A stretch of 63,141 nt of DNA, the filler included, from Globobulimina sp. (taxonomy: Eukaryota), in NCBI GenBank assembly GCA_003354225.1. It is 34 parts of 34 records of this genome, joined end to end, with 100 filler letters (N's around TTAATTAATTAA, not from the genome) between each part and the next. Parts side by side here need not be neighbours in the genome. Positions count along the whole stretch, not along the records: positions 61,383 to 63,141 come from PIVH01012270.1; 33 more parts are not named here. The stretch is one strand, 5' to 3'. Position numbers and translations under genes: made by a program. How positions within the stretch are numbered: position 1 is the first letter of the stretch; each line of letters starts with the position of its first letter. Shown piece after piece: positions 61,383 through 63,141 of the stretch. The notes under the pieces are model-generated. The model ran no database searches. It was not told the DNA's origin and saw nothing but the letters and a program-made list of their open reading frames with translations.

Positions 61383-62547
61383 TCTGTTTGGATGCGTTGA
61401 CTCGCAAATTGTCCAACGTCTCTTTGGTAGCATTTAATTGCGATTTTAATGATTTACATTTTGTTTGATAGTGTCGGTTGGATGCTTGTAACATTTCAAT
61501 TTTTTTATTCAAGTCAACTTTCTCGGAATGGAATTCGCGATTTATTCTGCGATATTTGGTACGTTCAGACAATAACTGATTGCTTAATCTTTCAATTTCA
61601 TCTTCTAAGTCATCCAAACGCGACGCAATATTTTTTTGTTGAAATTGCCTGGTATTTTTTGTAATGGTTTTGATTTTGAAAGTTTTTTTTTCTAATTCTT
61701 TCTTCAAAATTTTTATTTCTTCCTCTAACACTTCAATTATATCTGATAACTTATTGGATGGATTATTGTTTTCTTGCTTTAACAGCATTTTTAATTTCAT
61801 GTTTTCTTCCAAAATGTCGTGTAATTTATTTGAAGATACATTGTTTATATTTGTATTTTCATCGTCATTTAACATATTTGGTGTCGAATGATAATGTTTA
61901 TGTTTCTTTCTATTTAAATTTGGTGATTGGGATTGCGATGAATTGGAACTTGAGCTTGATTGCGTTGAATGAGCCAATAATTTATGCGCTGTATCCACCG
62001 CACATCGGCCATTTGATTTGGTTTCAATGGAATTTTCATCTAATTTTAGAGCTAATGGATAATGGACACGATCAAATTCCACAACATATGTTAATATTAA
62101 ATATCTTTTATTCTTTGTGCGGTGCGTTGCATTTAATGATTGAGTTTGATTGCCAGCTTTCGCAGATTTTCGCGCTTTTAATATTTGTAAATCTTGATAT
62201 GTCAATAAATCAATGAATACCGATCCATTGTTGTTTGATTGCAATGCGGAATATATCATTCTGCAAAATTTATCAAAGGTTTTAAAATTGCCTGTTTTGG
62301 ATGTCATTTCTTCAATGTCTTATCGTGAAGAAATACTTTGTTGTGTGTTTAAAAAGAAAATAAAAAGATATTTTTCGGATTTAATACATGAATGTGCGAA
62401 TTGATTCTTCCATTGGTATCCGGTGTCTTCTTGTTCGACTTCAACATAAAGGATTCTGTCTTTGCATAAGGCTCGAACAAAATATGTTGCGTTGTTAAAT
62501 GTTTGTTTTAGTTCACGCTCATGTTCCATGTCAATAATATCATTCAT
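61383..62547 (-). CDS. CCDC61: CCDC61/VFL3 centriolar protein, 3' partial; intron 62319-62387
   Basis: YVEVEQ...WKNQF..SYIEEMTSKTGNFKTF, IDLLTYQDL..LK.RK, KRYLILTYVVEFDRVHYPLAL, then coiled coil. Confidence 0.92.
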
Positions 62548-62657
62548 AATAAAGCACGTGTAACGAAGTTTTTTACTTCAAAAAGTTTATACATTTCACA
62601 TATAATGGGACAAGCCTTAACTTTCCAAATGCATCTCATTCGTGTTTAGAAATATAG

Positions 62658-62822
62658 GATATAAATCATATATATAAATTGTGTTATGAATCAATGGGTG
62701 ATCCGGAGTATCAAATAAAAGAAATATTTTTTGTTGACAGTTTGCCTAAAACTCCAAATACAAAGTTGTCAAAAAGGACTTTGCGTGAAATGCTTCAAAA
62801 TGGTGATTTTTTAAAGTCCTAA
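62658..62822 (+). pseudogene. Orphan last exon of an AMP-binding (acyl-CoA synthetase-type) enzyme
   Basis: After an AG acceptor: ...YQIKEIFFVDSLPKTPNTKLSKRTLREML..* (AMP-binding C-terminal motif); no room for upstream exons before CCDC61. Confidence 0.6.
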
Positions 62823-62865
62823 AATTAAATTTAATCGAAAAAAAACACACAGAAAAACATCTCTT

Positions 62866-63141
62866 TCAATCAATAAACATCTGTTCATTCACAAACAATA
62901 AAGATACATTTTCTTGAAACTCTAAAGTAATACTTTCTTCTTTTTGTTGATTATTATCTCCACTCTCAATATTCAATAAATTTGTTCTTTCAAAACCTAT
63001 CCATTTTGTTGGTTGTTTTACTGATTTATTTTCATCAAACACAGTTGTTTTATAAATAGATAATTTGCTTCCGTCATATTGTAAAGGTATGGCATCGATA
63101 CTTAATATTTTCATATTATCCTCACTAATATCCAATATTTC
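62866..63141 (-). CDS. Hypothetical protein C-terminal fragment
   Basis: Open from the window end to a TGA stop. Confidence 0.4.
   Translation of the reverse strand, partial: EILDISEDNMKILSIDAIPLQYDGSKLSIYKTTVFDENKSVKQPTKWIGFERTNLLNIESGDNNQQKEESITLEFQENVSLLFVNEQMFID

Noticed and set aside
1-63141. Gene cluster, operon or pathway spanning neighbouring contigs (e.g. Tmm + transporters + NMO)
   Set aside because: Contigs are ordered by length only, so cross-spacer adjacency has no biological meaning
1-63141. Alternative nuclear genetic code (ciliate-type or TGA reassignment)
   Set aside because: Conserved genes end at TAA, TAG and TGA at the expected positions, and ORF breaks are explained by GT-AG introns
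1-63141. rRNA, tRNA or CRISPR arrays
   Set aside because: None recognised by eye

Overview
This window is not one locus. It is 34 unrelated, size-sorted contigs (ten of 1761 bp, fifteen of 1760 bp, nine of 1759 bp) joined by an artificial 100-bp spacer (44 N + TTAATTAATTAA + 44 N; stops in all six frames), so adjacency across spacers is meaningless. Most contigs come from an AT-rich protist using the standard code, with short (about 50-190 nt) GT-AG introns. The gene content (7TM-RGS proteins, PT-repeat surface proteins, TPR-MYND, Gly-rich proteins, axonemal dynein, CCDC61, WRAP73) suggests a foraminiferan/rhizarian; this is an inference. Recognisable genes include GH38 alpha-mannosidase, MFS, MATE and NIPA transporters, DNAH1, histidine ammonia-lyase, malic enzyme, PPR, Pumilio, nitronate monooxygenase, RFC3, PDCD4, GINS1, DNAJC21, DUF5054 and CCDC61. 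Highlights: (1) an intronless, gene-dense contig that looks like giant-virus (NCLDV) DNA, with a GIY-YIG/NUMOD3 homing endonuclease beside a viral-type J-domain gene; (2) an intron-containing gene closely resembling bacterial trimethylamine monooxygenase; (3) a divergent spliced ADP-ribosyltransferase-fold gene; (4) a TA-flanked MITE family on three separate contigs, plus other palindromic elements; (5) a histidine ammonia-lyase ending in the peroxisomal signal SKL; (6) several rearranged pseudogenes. All family assignments are from motif recognition by eye; no searches were run.
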